Positions 13,392 through 26,627 of a stretch of DNA of 64,000 bases are shown one piece after another. Both the position numbers and the translations under genes were made by a program. The DNA is taken from the NCBI GenBank assembly GCA_052426225.1, contig JBNJNM010000016.1, positions 14,117 through 78,116 on the forward strand, in the 5' to 3' direction. The notes beneath the pieces are model-generated. The model was not told the DNA's origin, searched no databases, and saw nothing but the letters and a program-made list of their open reading frames with translations. The stretch is from Zancudomyces culisetae HAW-14-8 (taxonomy: Eukaryota > Fungi > Kickxellomycota). Numbering within the stretch: the stretch's first letter is position 1; the number at the start of each line of letters is the position of its first letter.

Positions 13392-14021
13392 ATGCATGGA
13401 TTAACACAAAATGCCCGAGTAGCTAATAGAATCCTACAGAGAGAACTTATGAGAAAATGCGGTTTTAAAGATTTAGGGCGAACTCGCAGGCAAAGGCAGA
13501 TAAGCTGTATGGTAATTCAGAGTCGAGAAGATTGTGTATTTCCTAATAGATATAACTGGAGTATAAAAGAAGAAGTCCTGGGAGTTATTAACATCAAAGA
13601 TCAAGTAGGCAAATCTAAAGGCGAAGAAAACCCAGTGAGTGTTGACAAAATATTTGCAATGAGTGGACTTGTACAACTACCTACAGGCACAAAGAAGGGA
13701 AATGGATTAATGGAAAAGCAATCCAGTACAGTGCAAGTAGGAAGCACTGCTGGTGCAGACCCAGATGCGTATAGTAGCGATATTACCGATCTGATAAAGT
13801 TTGTAGAATACATAAAAGAGGTAGACTTGACAAATGTGGAGCCTCTTGAAAGCCTGAGCATGGACTGCCATGTTGAATTGCATGAGGCCGAATGCGATAT
13901 AGACCAACAATTCAGTAGCCATAGCGTGGAAGAGGAGGTGGCAGGCACAGCATTGATGGATATGCTAACCGAAAACAGCAAAAGCAAGAGAGAGGGGAAT
14001 TATTTTGTAGTAGAAACGTAA
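13392..14021 (+). CDS. Mitochondrial Glu-tRNA(Gln) amidotransferase subunit C (GatC-like)
   Basis: Arg-rich presequence; GatC-like segments DLIKFVEYIKEVDLTNVEPL and C-terminal EGNYFVV. Confidence 0.7.
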   Translation: MHGLTQNARVANRILQRELMRKCGFKDLGRTRRQRQISCMVIQSREDCVFPNRYNWSIKEEVLGVINIKDQVGKSKGEENPVSVDKIFAMSGLVQLPTGTKKGNGLMEKQSSTVQVGSTAGADPDAYSSDITDLIKFVEYIKEVDLTNVEPLESLSMDCHVELHEAECDIDQQFSSHSVEEEVAGTALMDMLTENSKSKREGNYFVVET

Positions 14022-14166
14022 AGTGAAAATGTTTTGCAAATTGGTAATCAAAGTAGAATTGATCAAAAAAGAAAGAAATAAAAGATAGACTTCTAGATAC
14101 AAATATTGAACATACGTTTATAAAACTAATAACAAAAATAAAACAGAGGGGGGGGGAGGGGAGGAA

Positions 14167-15393
14167 TTACTGTTGGGCGCACTGGACGCCAGGACCACCG
14201 CGGTGTGGACCATCATCCTCATCCATATCGTCAGGGTTCTTTGAGTAGAAAGAGCGAGCGCGTGGGTCCATGTCTGACAGAACAACCTCCTCAACGGAGT
14301 AGCCAGAAGGAACGCTGGGCAATGCGATTGGAGGAGGGAGGAGAGCGGCAAGCTTCTCCATGTTTTCTGGAGAAGTCCAGTTGCTTTGAGGGAAAACAAC
14401 GTCGAATTTGACATAAAGACTTCCGGTTGGCTCGTGACGGTATCCAGGCATTCCTTGGCCGGTGATAGACTTCATTTCTTGGTGGGAAATAACTTCACCT
14501 GGAATGATATCGACAGCCAAGACACGCTTGTTGAGATGTTCAACATGGAAAGTTCCACCAGTCAAAGCAGTGACAAGGTTGATTTTAACCTCAGTAATCA
14601 AGTCATTTTCTCTTCGTTTGAAGCGAGGGTGAGGTTTTTCCTCAATGATAATCACAATATCACCAGGGATGGTGTTTGGAGCTTGGTCAGATTCTCTTTC
14701 AAAGACGATTCTCTGGCCATCGCGCATGCCAGGCTCGATAACTACATCCAACTGCTTGCGCTCAGTGATTACCTTGTCTCCATTGCATTCACGGCACTTG
14801 TCGCGTTCGTTGATGATTTCACCGGCACCACGACATACATGACACTGCTGCTGGATCTGTTGTAGCATTGGTCCAATCTGTCGAGTAATTATTCGTGAAC
14901 CTGACCCTCCACAAGTACCACATGTTCTGACGGCTCCCTCTTTTCCTCCTTTTCCGTCACACTTCTTACATATCACTGCTCTTGTTACCTGGATCTTTGT
15001 AGTCTTTCCGCTGTACAACTCTTCAAGATTTACCTTCAGTGTGTGTGACATGTCTCTGCCCTTGCGTGGTCCGTGATTTGCTCTGCTATGTCCTCCTCCA
15101 AATACTCCTGCACCAAAGAATTGTGAGAACAAATCTTCGGCTGACATGCCTCCCTCTCCAGCATCTCCACTTAATCCTGCCTCTCCGAATCTGTCATATC
15201 TTTCTCTTTTGTCTTGATCTGACAATATTTCATATGCATGTGATATTTCCTTGAATTTTTCTGTAGACTCTGCGTCTGAGTTCTTGTCTGGATGATATTT
15301 AAGTGCCAGCTTTCTATATGCCTTCTTAATTTCTGTCAATTGAGCAGTTGGCGAAATCTCAAGCAAGTCGTACAATCTAGTTTCAACAGCCAT
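14167..15393 (-). CDS. YDJ1: Type I Hsp40/DnaJ chaperone
   Basis: J-domain HPD, G/F region, four CxxCxGxG-type zinc motifs, C-terminal CaaX (CAQQ). Confidence 0.96.
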   Translation of the reverse strand: MAVETRLYDLLEISPTAQLTEIKKAYRKLALKYHPDKNSDAESTEKFKEISHAYEILSDQDKRERYDRFGEAGLSGDAGEGGMSAEDLFSQFFGAGVFGGGHSRANHGPRKGRDMSHTLKVNLEELYSGKTTKIQVTRAVICKKCDGKGGKEGAVRTCGTCGGSGSRIITRQIGPMLQQIQQQCHVCRGAGEIINERDKCRECNGDKVITERKQLDVVIEPGMRDGQRIVFERESDQAPNTIPGDIVIIIEEKPHPRFKRRENDLITEVKINLVTALTGGTFHVEHLNKRVLAVDIIPGEVISHQEMKSITGQGMPGYRHEPTGSLYVKFDVVFPQSNWTSPENMEKLAALLPPPIALPSVPSGYSVEEVVLSDMDPRARSFYSKNPDDMDEDDGPHRGGPGVQCAQQ

Positions 15394-17699
15394 TTTTTTA
15401 ATTTTCGTTCTTTTAATGTTCTTTCTTTTCTGATATACGTTCTACAAATAGCCGAAAACTCGTTAAGCAATTGAAAATACTAGTGTATTTAACTTGAAAG
15501 AAGTTTTTATCTGAACACTATGGAAAAGTTGAAAGAAAATTTTTTTTTTACTTTTGCTCTTTATATGTTTTGCGTTTTTTTTTTCTTTTGGTAATTCGCA
15601 ACCTGTATTTACTCTAAACAATGGATATTGCTTTGGCAAAATGTGTTGTTTTTAAGATTTGTAATGAATATGGTAAAAAAAAATTTTTTTAGCTAAAATT
15701 TCAAATTATTTGAAACTACCCCCATAGAAGGAATGAAAAAGAATTGTACATCAAAACGAATGATTAAATGTTCCATTCCCCTTGCACCCCCCAAGCTTTT
15801 CCTGAAAAATAGTGCAATTTACTCTGGTATTTAGCAAGTTGGCACAAAGCTTTAAGGATTGCTGAAAGATTTTGCCTACTTATTAGTGGAGTTAATAGCT
15901 GTAAATTATGAAGAGTAAAAGTTTGCACCAGGTCGTCGTGACTATGGTATATTTTGTTTACTCTCTTGTAATTTCTAGCTTTTGATTATGAGCCTAGTGT
16001 TTTCTACTTATCAGCTTTCTGAACCTTATCCATGCATTATTGTTGTTCTTGATTTCGATTTTCTAATCATGCACAGAATAAAAGAAAGAGGTAGAAAACG
16101 GTGGAGAAGTTGGTGGTAGTCATGTGTTATGCCCTAAAATCACTGAACTGGGATGGCGAGAATAATTATTAATGCATTATTATCGCTGGCCGGCAATACT
16201 ACTGTTACTGATGCTGTAAAGTGCTTTGTAGTTTGCATGCATTGGGCTTGTGGCATTTTCAATGCGGGAGGTTTCAGGTAACCAGTCCATAAGTTCATTG
16301 CTGCACCATGTGTTTCCTGACAAAGTTTACGGGGTTATGAAATCTGTAATTGCGCTTTTTTGTTGTAATAGAACAGTAAATGATTTCTTTACTATTTCAA
16401 GATTTTGAGAAAATAAATGGCATTTTCCATTTGTTCCAGCCAATTAACAACGATTATTTTGAAGAATTTCCATTAGATTCTTTTGGTTTCCATTTCTTTA
16501 TAAAAGCAAAAGATAAGTGATGATGAAAGATTATATAAATTTTAGAAAGTTGGTGTTTTCCAGAAAAAAAAAAGCAATAATAAAGCGAACCAATATTTTG
16601 TTCGTTTTTACCAATTTCGGCTATCTTTGCCACATTACACTGTGATTGGTGGAAGAATACAGTGAACAACCTAAAACCAATCCTTTGGCATTATAATTTG
16701 ATCTTGTAGAAATGATAATTCCCTCATTTTTACTCGTGGTAAACTAAGGACAAAATATTGTTGTTCTAATTTTAGCTTAGAAAAGGGCCAGCTAGCAAAA
16801 AAAAGTCAAATATTGAGCTAGCAAAGGGTATAGAGCCGATTAGAGAGTATTCGGTAGGCTCAAACTTTTATGTAAATGACTACATACACAAGCAAAAGGT
16901 CGTGGCTGTAGTGATATATCACTTTTAGAGCATTGCTCATCAAAATTGTTTCATAAAAAGTTGTTGTTTGGTTGCATACACCATTGGTTTATGGGCGCAG
17001 AATTGAATGATTGCACATTTAATAATCGGGGTCATTCTGTTGTTTTTGTTCAATCTTCAAAAGGTGAACCTAGTCAACAGAAAGCAATATAGAAAGAACC
17101 CGCAAATGAAAATTATAATGTTTGGGTATAACAAACATCATTCTTTTGTATGCAAAAAAACAACAACAACACAAATGTCAATAATGATATCAAAATAAAT
17201 GAATATCTCCCTTTTGATATATACATTAGATTTGAAGATGGGAGACATATCAGCGGCAAATATGTTGATTATAAAATCTAAAGATATGAGTTATAACATC
17301 ACAAAAAAGGATTCTCTCTCTATCAAATAAATATACTCGATATAATGGGATTTGTATCGTTATTGATATTGATATTTTTATTGATATCGGTTATGTATAT
17401 ACTCCCACAAGGGCCGCCTTCTATCTATCAACTTTAAATTTATAAATGAATCAGGATATAATTCAGTCATAACACCAAATCACCCTGAACCTCCTAACAT
17501 TCTCAAAAACAGCCAAATAGAAAACAAGGTATTGAAAGAATGCAAAACCCGCGGTGTATAACATAATATAATGGGCAGTTTTGATGATTGTACACCCATC
17601 TAAAAACTACAAAATGGTGTTTAAGATAAAGGGAGGGGGCGGAGGAGGCTCTAGTGGTAGTGATGTTGATTTTGGTATTTACTAGCTTTGATCATTCTT

Positions 17700-17810
17700 G
17701 GATCGGAAAAAAAATTTTTTTTTCCAGCAAACTCTTGACATTTAGAAAATTTTTTTTAGGCCAAATCAGATTGAAACCAGGGAAATATTAAAAAAAATTT
17801 TTTTTTGTTT
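17700..17810. promoter_or_regulatory. Three RRPE-like A(n)T(n) elements upstream of UTP6
   Basis: GAAAAAAAATTTTTTTTTCC, GAAAATTTTTTTT and AAAAAAAATTTTTTTT within ~270 bp of the ATG. Confidence 0.5.
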
Positions 17811-17974
17811 AGCAGTTTGTATATTCTAGTTGCAATTGAATGTGAAGGATTTCACGCCTGCTTACACTAAATAAATATATATTCATACATAACTACATAC
17901 ATAATCTAAGGCTATAAAGCAGGAAAAAAAGAATATAGAAGATAGTAACATAAGGAAAGCAAAACAAAACAAGG

Positions 17975-20590
17975 ATGGCAGAAATAGTTCAGTACAGACT
18001 TGAGTCCATGATTCCAGAATTGGAGGATCTGGAAAGGAAGGGTTTGTTTAGTTCCGAAGAAATAAAACAAATAGTTAAAAAACGAGGTAGATTTGAGTAT
18101 TTAATTAAAAGAAGGCAGCCGCCAATCCAAGATTTTCAGAGGTATATAGAATACGAGAAAAATCTGGAAAAGCTGAGGATATGGAGGAAAAGGAGACTAG
18201 GTGTGAAGGACCGAAGACAAACAATAAGCGACAGAGCTATAAGACAAAGGATAGAAAGTATATATGAAAGAGCGATACTCAAACATAAGGGTAAATTAGA
18301 GGTATGGTTGGAGTATATTGAGTTTAAAAAAGAGGAGGAAGAACGAGAAGAAAAGAAGAGCAAAAAAGTACAACAAGGCCAAGTAGGGGCAGGAAAAGAG
18401 GTCAAAAAATTAATGTCGAGAGTTATTCAAGTGTTTCCACAAAACGCGAGTCTCTGGATAGAAGCGGCTCGAATGGAGTATGAAGGAGAGGGTGATGTAG
18501 AAAAAGCGAGAAAACTGATGCAAAGAGCGATAAGAATAAACAAAGATGATATCAGTGTGTGGATAGAGTACTGTAAGATGGAATTATTGTATATAGAAAA
18601 AATTAAACAACGAAGAAAGGTTTTGGGTATTGATGAACTCGAGAAGAGCGAAAATGGTCAACAAGAGAACAACGCAGGTGAGAAATCAGAGTCAAGTGAG
18701 AAAAAGCAACAGGAAGGAGATAAGGAAAACCACAAAAGTGGCAATGATTCAGATACTAACGAAGATGAGCATTTTTCAGACGATGTGATTAAGTTTGATG
18801 TAGAGAAAGAGAATCCGGATGGAGAACAGAGTGAAGAAAGTGATGAGGAGGAGAGAGAGTTTGAAAAAATACAAAATGAGGAATTCAAGCAAGCGATGGA
18901 GATAGTTGAAAGAAGATACAACAAAGAAAAGGAAAACAAGCGAAAAAGGTCCAGATTGGGGCAAGAAGAGGAAGAGGAAATCATTCGACAAAAGATGGAG
19001 GTATCCAACAATGAGTACTTGCAGGGCAAAATAGCACTAGTGGTATACAAATATGCAATTCAAAGTGTCAATACCTTGGAGATGCGAAAGCAGTTTTATG
19101 ACTTGTTTTCAAAGTTTAAATTTAACGAGGGAGTACAACAAGTGCTTGAAGAAACCGTTGAGCATTATGTATCAAATAATAAAGATTCTGTGACTAGTAT
19201 TGAAAGTTTGAGAGAGAGGGTTGAGGCTTTGATATTTGTACATAAGAGTCAGATCGACCAAGCCAATACATTCTCTGTGAATGCTTTCAGCGTTGATTGG
19301 CTTAAAAACTATTCAAAGGTATACAAAGAAATTGAGGATAATTTAGAATCGGGATCTGATAACAAGGAGTTTGTTTATTTATATTGGATCTCAAGCATAG
19401 GAATGTTAAAAGACGTTTTATCTGAGTTTGTAGAATCCACAAGTGGAGGAAATACAAACAGCACGAGATCTTCCAGGCGAAAAAGACAAAAGTCATCCAC
19501 ACAAAACAGCAATAATAACCAGCAACTTGAAAATGTAAAGAAATACATAGTCAAATCAATTGTATTGCTTTATGAAAAGGTTTTGACCAAAAATGAATTG
19601 TACGACTCCATAGTTTCAGAAAGCGATTACATTGAGTACATTGAGTTTGGATTGGAGAATAATGCTATGGACAAGAGTTCTGTCCAGGAACGTGTGGATC
19701 AAGGAATCGAGCTTTATTATGAAAATAGAAATAAGGAGAGTGCCAGTGGCAAGCTTCTGCTTTTCAAACTGAAGCACATATTCAACTCCTTTGTAGATAC
19801 CAGCGAGAACGCTAATGAGTACATTGCAGAGTTTGAAAAGGTATACAAAGTCTTCTTGTCAAAATCTGTGCTGATTGGAGATATCAAAGTGGCAGAGGAA
19901 ATTTTTGCTTTGTATTTGGATTTCAAAGATAGTTTGTACTATGCTAAAATCGTTGATACATATGACCTGGAAATGTTATCAAGTGATTACATTGCTACTA
20001 TGACCAAACTCGTTTCGTTTTTTATTTCTCAACCTCTGAACAAGGCACAATTAAATGCAAGTGATGCTCAGATCAGCAAAGATAATGAAAACGCTGTTCT
20101 CAGTGTTAAAAAGGATGATAACAATGCCTCCGCTAGCATCAGTGACGTGTTGGAGTCGTTGCTTGTTCGCTATTTGAACCTTTTTTCCAGCGGAGATATT
20201 TCAACTTTCCGTTCAAAGTTCACTAATTCCATCCAAAAAAACAACTTTCTTTCATACCTGACCTCTACTGTAAATGTCGTCGCTTTAGTCATTCAAACCG
20301 AGTCCAATTATTTGCTTTCAGAACTAAACTCAAAGTCACATCTCCCCTTAACCAAAAAGCTTGCGTATATCAAAAGCACTCCTGATTTGCTTTCCTGCTA
20401 CAGCCATATCACTTCTCTGTACAATTCTCTACTTTCCAGCAACTCCTCCGTTTTCCAACTATGGTCTGATCTCGTTTCTTTCCATCTTGCTTGCGGCGAC
20501 CTAGTTTCTGCCACTAGTTGCCGTCACTCCGCACTGCTATCCAACAATAACAATCCATTACTGGTCCAGATGTTATCAAAGCTTTTCTAA
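17975..20590 (+). CDS. UTP6: U3 snoRNA-associated protein 6 (HAT repeats)
   Basis: N-terminus MAEIVQYRLESMIPELEDLERKGLFS..EIKQIVKKR..FEY; HAT repeats; WIEYCKMELLY. Confidence 0.9.
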   Translation: MAEIVQYRLESMIPELEDLERKGLFSSEEIKQIVKKRGRFEYLIKRRQPPIQDFQRYIEYEKNLEKLRIWRKRRLGVKDRRQTISDRAIRQRIESIYERAILKHKGKLEVWLEYIEFKKEEEEREEKKSKKVQQGQVGAGKEVKKLMSRVIQVFPQNASLWIEAARMEYEGEGDVEKARKLMQRAIRINKDDISVWIEYCKMELLYIEKIKQRRKVLGIDELEKSENGQQENNAGEKSESSEKKQQEGDKENHKSGNDSDTNEDEHFSDDVIKFDVEKENPDGEQSEESDEEEREFEKIQNEEFKQAMEIVERRYNKEKENKRKRSRLGQEEEEEIIRQKMEVSNNEYLQGKIALVVYKYAIQSVNTLEMRKQFYDLFSKFKFNEGVQQVLEETVEHYVSNNKDSVTSIESLRERVEALIFVHKSQIDQANTFSVNAFSVDWLKNYSKVYKEIEDNLESGSDNKEFVYLYWISSIGMLKDVLSEFVESTSGGNTNSTRSSRRKRQKSSTQNSNNNQQLENVKKYIVKSIVLLYEKVLTKNELYDSIVSESDYIEYIEFGLENNAMDKSSVQERVDQGIELYYENRNKESASGKLLLFKLKHIFNSFVDTSENANEYIAEFEKVYKVFLSKSVLIGDIKVAEEIFALYLDFKDSLYYAKIVDTYDLEMLSSDYIATMTKLVSFFISQPLNKAQLNASDAQISKDNENAVLSVKKDDNNASASISDVLESLLVRYLNLFSSGDISTFRSKFTNSIQKNNFLSYLTSTVNVVALVIQTESNYLLSELNSKSHLPLTKKLAYIKSTPDLLSCYSHITSLYNSLLSSNSSVFQLWSDLVSFHLACGDLVSATSCRHSALLSNNNNPLLVQMLSKLF

Positions 20591-20745
20591 TTCATTTTTT
20601 CTTTCTTTACCATCTTGACTTATTTCACTTTTCAAATTTATTTTTAGACTATACTATATATATAATCGTATATATATTCATTTTCTTTTCGAGTTTTTAT
20701 AAAAATAAAATACATAAAAAAAAGAAAAGAACTAAGCAAACCATC

Positions 20746-21837
20746 CTATGATTTTTCGTCTGCTATCTTGTCAAGCGCCTTTTGTGCATTCTCAACCTGT
20801 TTTTTCAATGTTTCGATCTCTACTGCTTGTTTCTTTCTTTTCTCAATTGCTTTCTTCAACTCCTCAATATCTGCTTTTACTTTTTTCATCTCTACCACCA
20901 TCTTTAGACACTTTGCTTCTTCTTCAGACACTGACAGCCTTGTTACTGACTTCATGTCCTTGAGTTCTGTCTTTGCTGCAAACACCTCAAGTAGGATTTT
21001 CTTTGTTAATAGTAGTACCAATCCCAATACCAATGTAATACCACAGAGGTAAAAGTTTCGTTGGGCATATATCCTTGTGACATTATTTGAAAGCTTAGAA
21101 ATTATGTTTTCAGACCCAGTGTCTTCGCTTTCCAGTCTCATCACTCTGTATATCGAATCTATGTCAAAATATTTCATTATAAACAAAAGTATTTTGACTA
21201 TCCTAGCAGTTGTAGCAATGTTTTATTATAATTCTTGAGAGCTGACTTACCAGCGAATAGGATACCCACAAAGCTATTTTGTCCAGATAAAATAAATATC
21301 AACAGGTTAAACATATACATACTATCTACACTTTTACATTATATTAAACTACTAATAGCTATGAGCACTAGCTATATTACTAGAAAAATTAATTGTGACT
21401 TACAGGTAGATAAATCCCAGGAATTTTATTACACTTTTGATCTATTAAAATTTAAACACTCGCTTTCAATTATATTCATACAAGATAGTGTTAAGAATTT
21501 TAAATGTTGAATGTTGTGATGATTACCCCTTCGCTTTTGCTTATCGCTTTCAAGACTCCATTTCGCCATCTATCAGGGAACGGAATCTACGTAATTTTCG
21601 TTCAATTCAAATTAAAAGCCCCAGCCGATTTTATTTTATCTTTTTCAACTTTTCAAACATAGGTATAAAGACTACTTACCATCAATAGGCCAAATATTGC
21701 TATCTATATTTATATACTTAAAAGGTTTAGAATGCATTTCGAATACGGATAAAAATGTATAGTAAGAATGGGATTTTTGTTTTTCCTACCTCCGTCAGCA
21801 TTAGCGAATAGACCAATGTAAATTGTACTGAAGCCAT
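20746..21837 (-). CDS. BAP31/Yet family ER membrane protein (6 exons)
   Basis: Manually spliced with GT-AG introns: MASVQFTLVYSLMLTE|IAIFGLLM|IPFPDRWRNGVLKAISKSEG|IKSVIKFLGFIY|LFVGILFA|DSIYRVM...YAQRNFYLCG, then coiled coil. Last intron 21159-21250. Confidence 0.85.
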
Positions 21838-22855
21838 TGTACCTCTCAGATATCTTTTTTAATCTTTGTGTTGTACTTTTTTAAACTGTTCTTGACAAGT
21901 GTGGAGGGTGGTTTAATCTCAGAACTCTAGAGGTTATAAATGTATTATCTTTCTACTACGAGAAAATTAAGTTTGGGTTTTTTAATGGGGGTTTTTATTT
22001 TATTTCTTGACTGTAAAATCGAAACTTTCTTTAAATTTCCGAAAATATTGGCAGAAACTAGAAAATAAATCGGAGAGTCTAATCGAGTCAGCTTATTTCC
22101 AAATACACACTATTTCCAATCCAAAATTATCCACCAATGGAAATTCTCGACATTTAGTATGGTATTTTCACCCATTTATTTAATTCTTTTCAATTCAATT
22201 TTTTTTTGATTAACCAAAAGTAAAATAAATAAACTTGGAAAGTTGGGCTGTTTGAGAATCAGACTAAATGCTGTCGAGCTCATTACGTATGTTTTGAAAA
22301 GATGGGAATGTCCAATCCAAAATTTGAGACCAAAGCAACCATTTAGTGAGCTAAATTAGTTGAATAAATGCGGTTAGCAACTTGGAGTGGATGTATTTCC
22401 GATTGATATTTCAAATAACACCATGTTCATTTGCAAGAAGTTGCGGCGTAAATATGCTGTTCCTCTCAAGATACAAGTCCTAGCTGATACCAATGCCTTC
22501 TTTATATTTCGACATTCCGTCATAACAGAAACCATTTTATTCACAAACATTTTTGCATCGATGATGATGATGTTCTCTAATCACTAATCTTTCTCGAGAG
22601 CACTTTCTAGAAAATTACAAAACAGTCTTATATATATAAAAAAACCAACTAGAAAAAAATAAAAATAAAAATAGATGTAGCACTAGAATTAGTATTTAAC
22701 CGTATGGATGAAATACCAAGAGATGTTTCTGTGGTATGAACGACATAAAAACAGCCCAGTCCCTGCAAGTAACAGCAACAACGTTAACAATGTCAACATC
22801 AAGGTTAATACCAATAGCGTTGGCAAGACAACAAAACAAAACAAAATAATCACTG

Positions 22856-24210
22856 TTAGAGTGTTTTCTTATTCACATTTGTGTATCCAGTACCTACACA
22901 GGTCAAATCTACCATTCCTGGATACGCTTTGCTTTGCTGAACCCTGAATGTAACATTGAAAAAATCTCGCAAATCCCGCAAATACTGCACCGTGAATGGA
23001 TTCAGTTCTCCAACAATAGTCTTGGAAACATCCTCTGAACTTAGTGTCATAAACAGTAACGGAATCCAATGATGGTATGTGTCAAAGTAACCGCCTTTTG
23101 ACACTTCAGATAAGAGCATATGGGCACATTTCTGGCCGAGGTCTTCAGGCGTCTCCATGGCTTCCGCGCATAACTCGGCAGAATAATACGCACCTGTATC
23201 GCTTTCAGCTACTAGTGAAAGTCCATACCCTGGTGATAAACCAGATTCTGCCCCCTTGTATACATCTGTGTATAAATATATATCCTGCGAATATTCACCC
23301 AAGACTCCCTTTGCTGCATCCACCATTCTATTTGCTGTTTGTGGTGAAACTCGTGTACTATATGCTATTCCACGAATTCTTTTAATATGGCCGCAGTCTA
23401 TCAGCTCTGTTGGCTCTATTTTCCGTATTGATGGGCACACAAGTTTTACTTCACCTCCCCCCAAAGGTGGAGCACCTCTCTTTATAACCGACAATTCTAA
23501 CCCTTCTAAAATCCCAAAATGCTTAAATTGTGGAAGTGTTACTGTACGAATCGTATCTACAGTTAAATCTACATTGTTGTTTGTGACACCTTTTAAAATA
23601 GCTGTTACAGTTTTTTTCGCAAATGGCGCCAGTGCCAAAATGAACTCCAAATAATATCCTATCCCACGTGATACAGGACAGCTATGCTCTATTCTTCCTC
23701 CAATAATAACACCCGGTTTAAATAGAACCGTTGTACCTATTATAAGTACGTATATATGTGCATATTTAGTGAATTATTCTGTATCGTCTGAATTTAACTT
23801 TGAAGAAAACGCAATCTCATGTTAATAAATCGCACCAACTTTGGTTCTGACGTTATTATGTTTATACACACATGTATATATATATATCTCCCGGTTTCAT
23901 TTTTTAAACGCTGACTTACCAGTATAACTGATATCTATCACGGTTCCGTTTGTTAACTTTTCTGCAATTTGAAGTAGTCTTATTTCAAAATCTATAGAGT
24001 TGATTCCTTTATTTAGCATCTTGTAAAATCTCATATATCATACGTCAACATATATAACAAGAATGAGTGTATACCTTTCAAGCCCGGATTTTCGTCCTCA
24101 GAGCGTATTTCGTCTATTCTTACAGGAATTGCACTGATCAAAGACATTACTACTCGCTCTCGCAAAAATTCATGCCCTGCAAATCGTCTAATCTCCTTTT
24201 CTTTTATCAT
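22856..24210 (-). CDS. RCL1: RNA 3'-terminal phosphate cyclase-like protein (3 exons: 24210-24075, 23991-23920, 23736-22856)
   Basis: IRSEDENPGLKDFE, TNGTVIDISYTGT, KRGAPPLGGGEV, SPGYGLSLVAES; canonical splice sites preserve frame. Confidence 0.93.
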
Positions 24211-24338
24211 TATTGCAAACTGATTTTACGCTACTATCGATGTTTAGAGTTCGCTTTTGGTTAATATTTGAAGCGTTTCATTAATATATGTTTTTGCTTC
24301 TTTAGCCTGAACTTGTTGAATCAAATTCCATCAACTAC

Positions 24339-24362
24339 AAAAAAAAAATTTTTTTTTTTCAG
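24339..24362. promoter_or_regulatory. RRPE-like element upstream of RCL1
   Basis: A-tract followed directly by a T-tract and CAG, ~130 bp upstream of the RCL1 ATG. Confidence 0.45.
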
Positions 24363-26627
24363 TTCACTGAAATGCGAATAAATTGGCCAATGAGGCTATG
24401 GTTAATTCTCCATAATAATTATATGATGGATTTATATTTAACATTTAAAAATTAAAGTTGGAAAGTGTGAACGTAAAGGTGGTAGAGGAAGGAAAAGATG
24501 TGACAATACTAAAATAGCTCTTTACAGTATACAAAAAGGAAACAAGAAGTGAGCTATTTTTTGAGGGGAATAGGTGTGGGGATTCAGTTATTCTAATTCT
24601 GTACTGGTGGGTACCAAATAGCTGATCTTGTCCAGCAACATATCTGCCGTTTTGTAATTTTGATCAGATCGATGACACTTTTGTTTAGTCAATAGTGTCG
24701 CAAAAATGGAATAGTAGTAAATGATGAGTGAAAAACGAATGGTTGGTAGTGTGTATATTCTGCTAAATTAATAACCAAACTATTTAAAATATTTGCACAT
24801 TTATTTGTTTTTGTGCGTTCGTAAAATAATTAAACGCTGCAACAATAGAGAGGAGGGAGGTCATGTTTTTTGAAAGAAGAGCAACAGACGGTACGCATTC
24901 GATGTGATATACTTGTATCTTAAATGTAGTTTCTTTTGTCAAAAACCACAATTTGTTGAATTACGAAAATTTCCATTCATTTGATTTATCACAAGAAAAT
25001 CAAATGACATGAACACTCATGGTTTTATTTAAATCACGTTTGCTTTACTGCACTACCAAGCCCCCCCCCCCCCCCATCAAAAAAAAAGTATCAGTAGATA
25101 AAAAAGCTGCAAAAGCAAAAATATCATGAGAAAGTCTAGAGATTTACCAAAGGTCATCATCCCATTCACACTTCAATAAAAAGGGACAGCTTGCTATATC
25201 TATATATTGTTTGGTAAATAAGATATTTGGCTATAGAGTGCATGTGAATCACATTTTAGGTATCACAATAGAATGGCACATCCTCTGACACCTTTGTGGT
25301 TTGCTCATATACATTTTTAAAATTTGCAACTATTTCAGCACTACAACCTCGGTAAATAGTAGGCATTAAAAATTGTGCAATAAAAAGGGTATACATTCTC
25401 AGGTTGCACTGTAAGGAAATTTAAAGACGAGACTAGTTTACCAAAGACCGATACACAAATCACCAGCGTATAGTCACACAGCCTGTAGTATGCATTTCAT
25501 GGGTCAAAAACCTGCTGCTTGTTCTTTTAGAGGGCGGGCGGGATGCTATTTCTTTTTGCAAGCTAACAAACACAATCAGGTAAATTCGGGTGGCGACCCC
25601 CATGATTGTGATTTCTCAAAATGCTGTAAATGGGGAGGTGTTTATTTATCGTCATTTTTAAGAGCACGTATGGTTTTATTTGCGGAATTGATTAATATGT
25701 TTGTGGTAAGAATGCTTCGATAATAATGATATCTTGTGTTACGGCTCGAAAAGGTATGTATATCTATTTTTAGACCATTATCCGGCTAAACAAAATGCCA
25801 ATTAAAATTGCATCTTTTTTCCTTTTTGTGGATACAAAATTCCATAGGTCATTAAAATGTGCTAAATTAAACCACAACTCTACTCAGAGCCATTAGCTAC
25901 ATGTCCCTGGCAAGACGTAAATAAAACATCATTACAAGATACAGGCATTTCCCAGCCCCGGTCCCAATCTTTCAAAAAAGAAAAAGCGAGTGAACCGATG
26001 AAGATCTTAAGGTTTAATACCAATTACACAATAGGATTCGATTTTTAGGTATTTATCCATTCCAAACCACCCAAATGGTTTATATAGGTGAACAGTAACA
26101 CACCCATTTGGCATTCACAAGTATGCTTGTCATGCATTATTGTATATCTCGGTTGGACTTATTTATGACTTGAACGGGGAAAAGTGGTTGATACCCAATG
26201 AATAAATGTGTGATGTAAATAAACAAAATAAATCTTTATTAACTATTGGCTGTGAAGGCGTTTTGGTAAGCTGAGAAAACCGAAATTCAGCACTTGTGGA
26301 ATGTATTCAACATCAAAAGCTTAAACAAATTATTAGTGAAACTAACTTCATGCTTTTCTTTCATAGTTGTCAAAAAGCTCCACTTGCCAAGGGAGAATAA
26401 ACAACATAAAACCTAGAAACACAGGCAGGTGATTAATTTTCGACTTTATTTCTTTTTTTTACTTTTGTTCCTTGAAATATATTTGGTTGAGGTTTAAGCA
26501 GTTTATTAAAGACGAGTTTATAACCTTTTATTCACTCGTTTTTTTTGCCAGTCTAACGATAAAGCTATAAAAAGTAAAACATAGTATAGAAATTCGCACA
26601 TAAGCTACTAGTAAATAGGTTTCAAAA

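Noticed and set aside
17170-17610. Coding-like stretch between YDJ1 and UTP6
   Set aside because: Multiple stops in all frames and no identifiable homology
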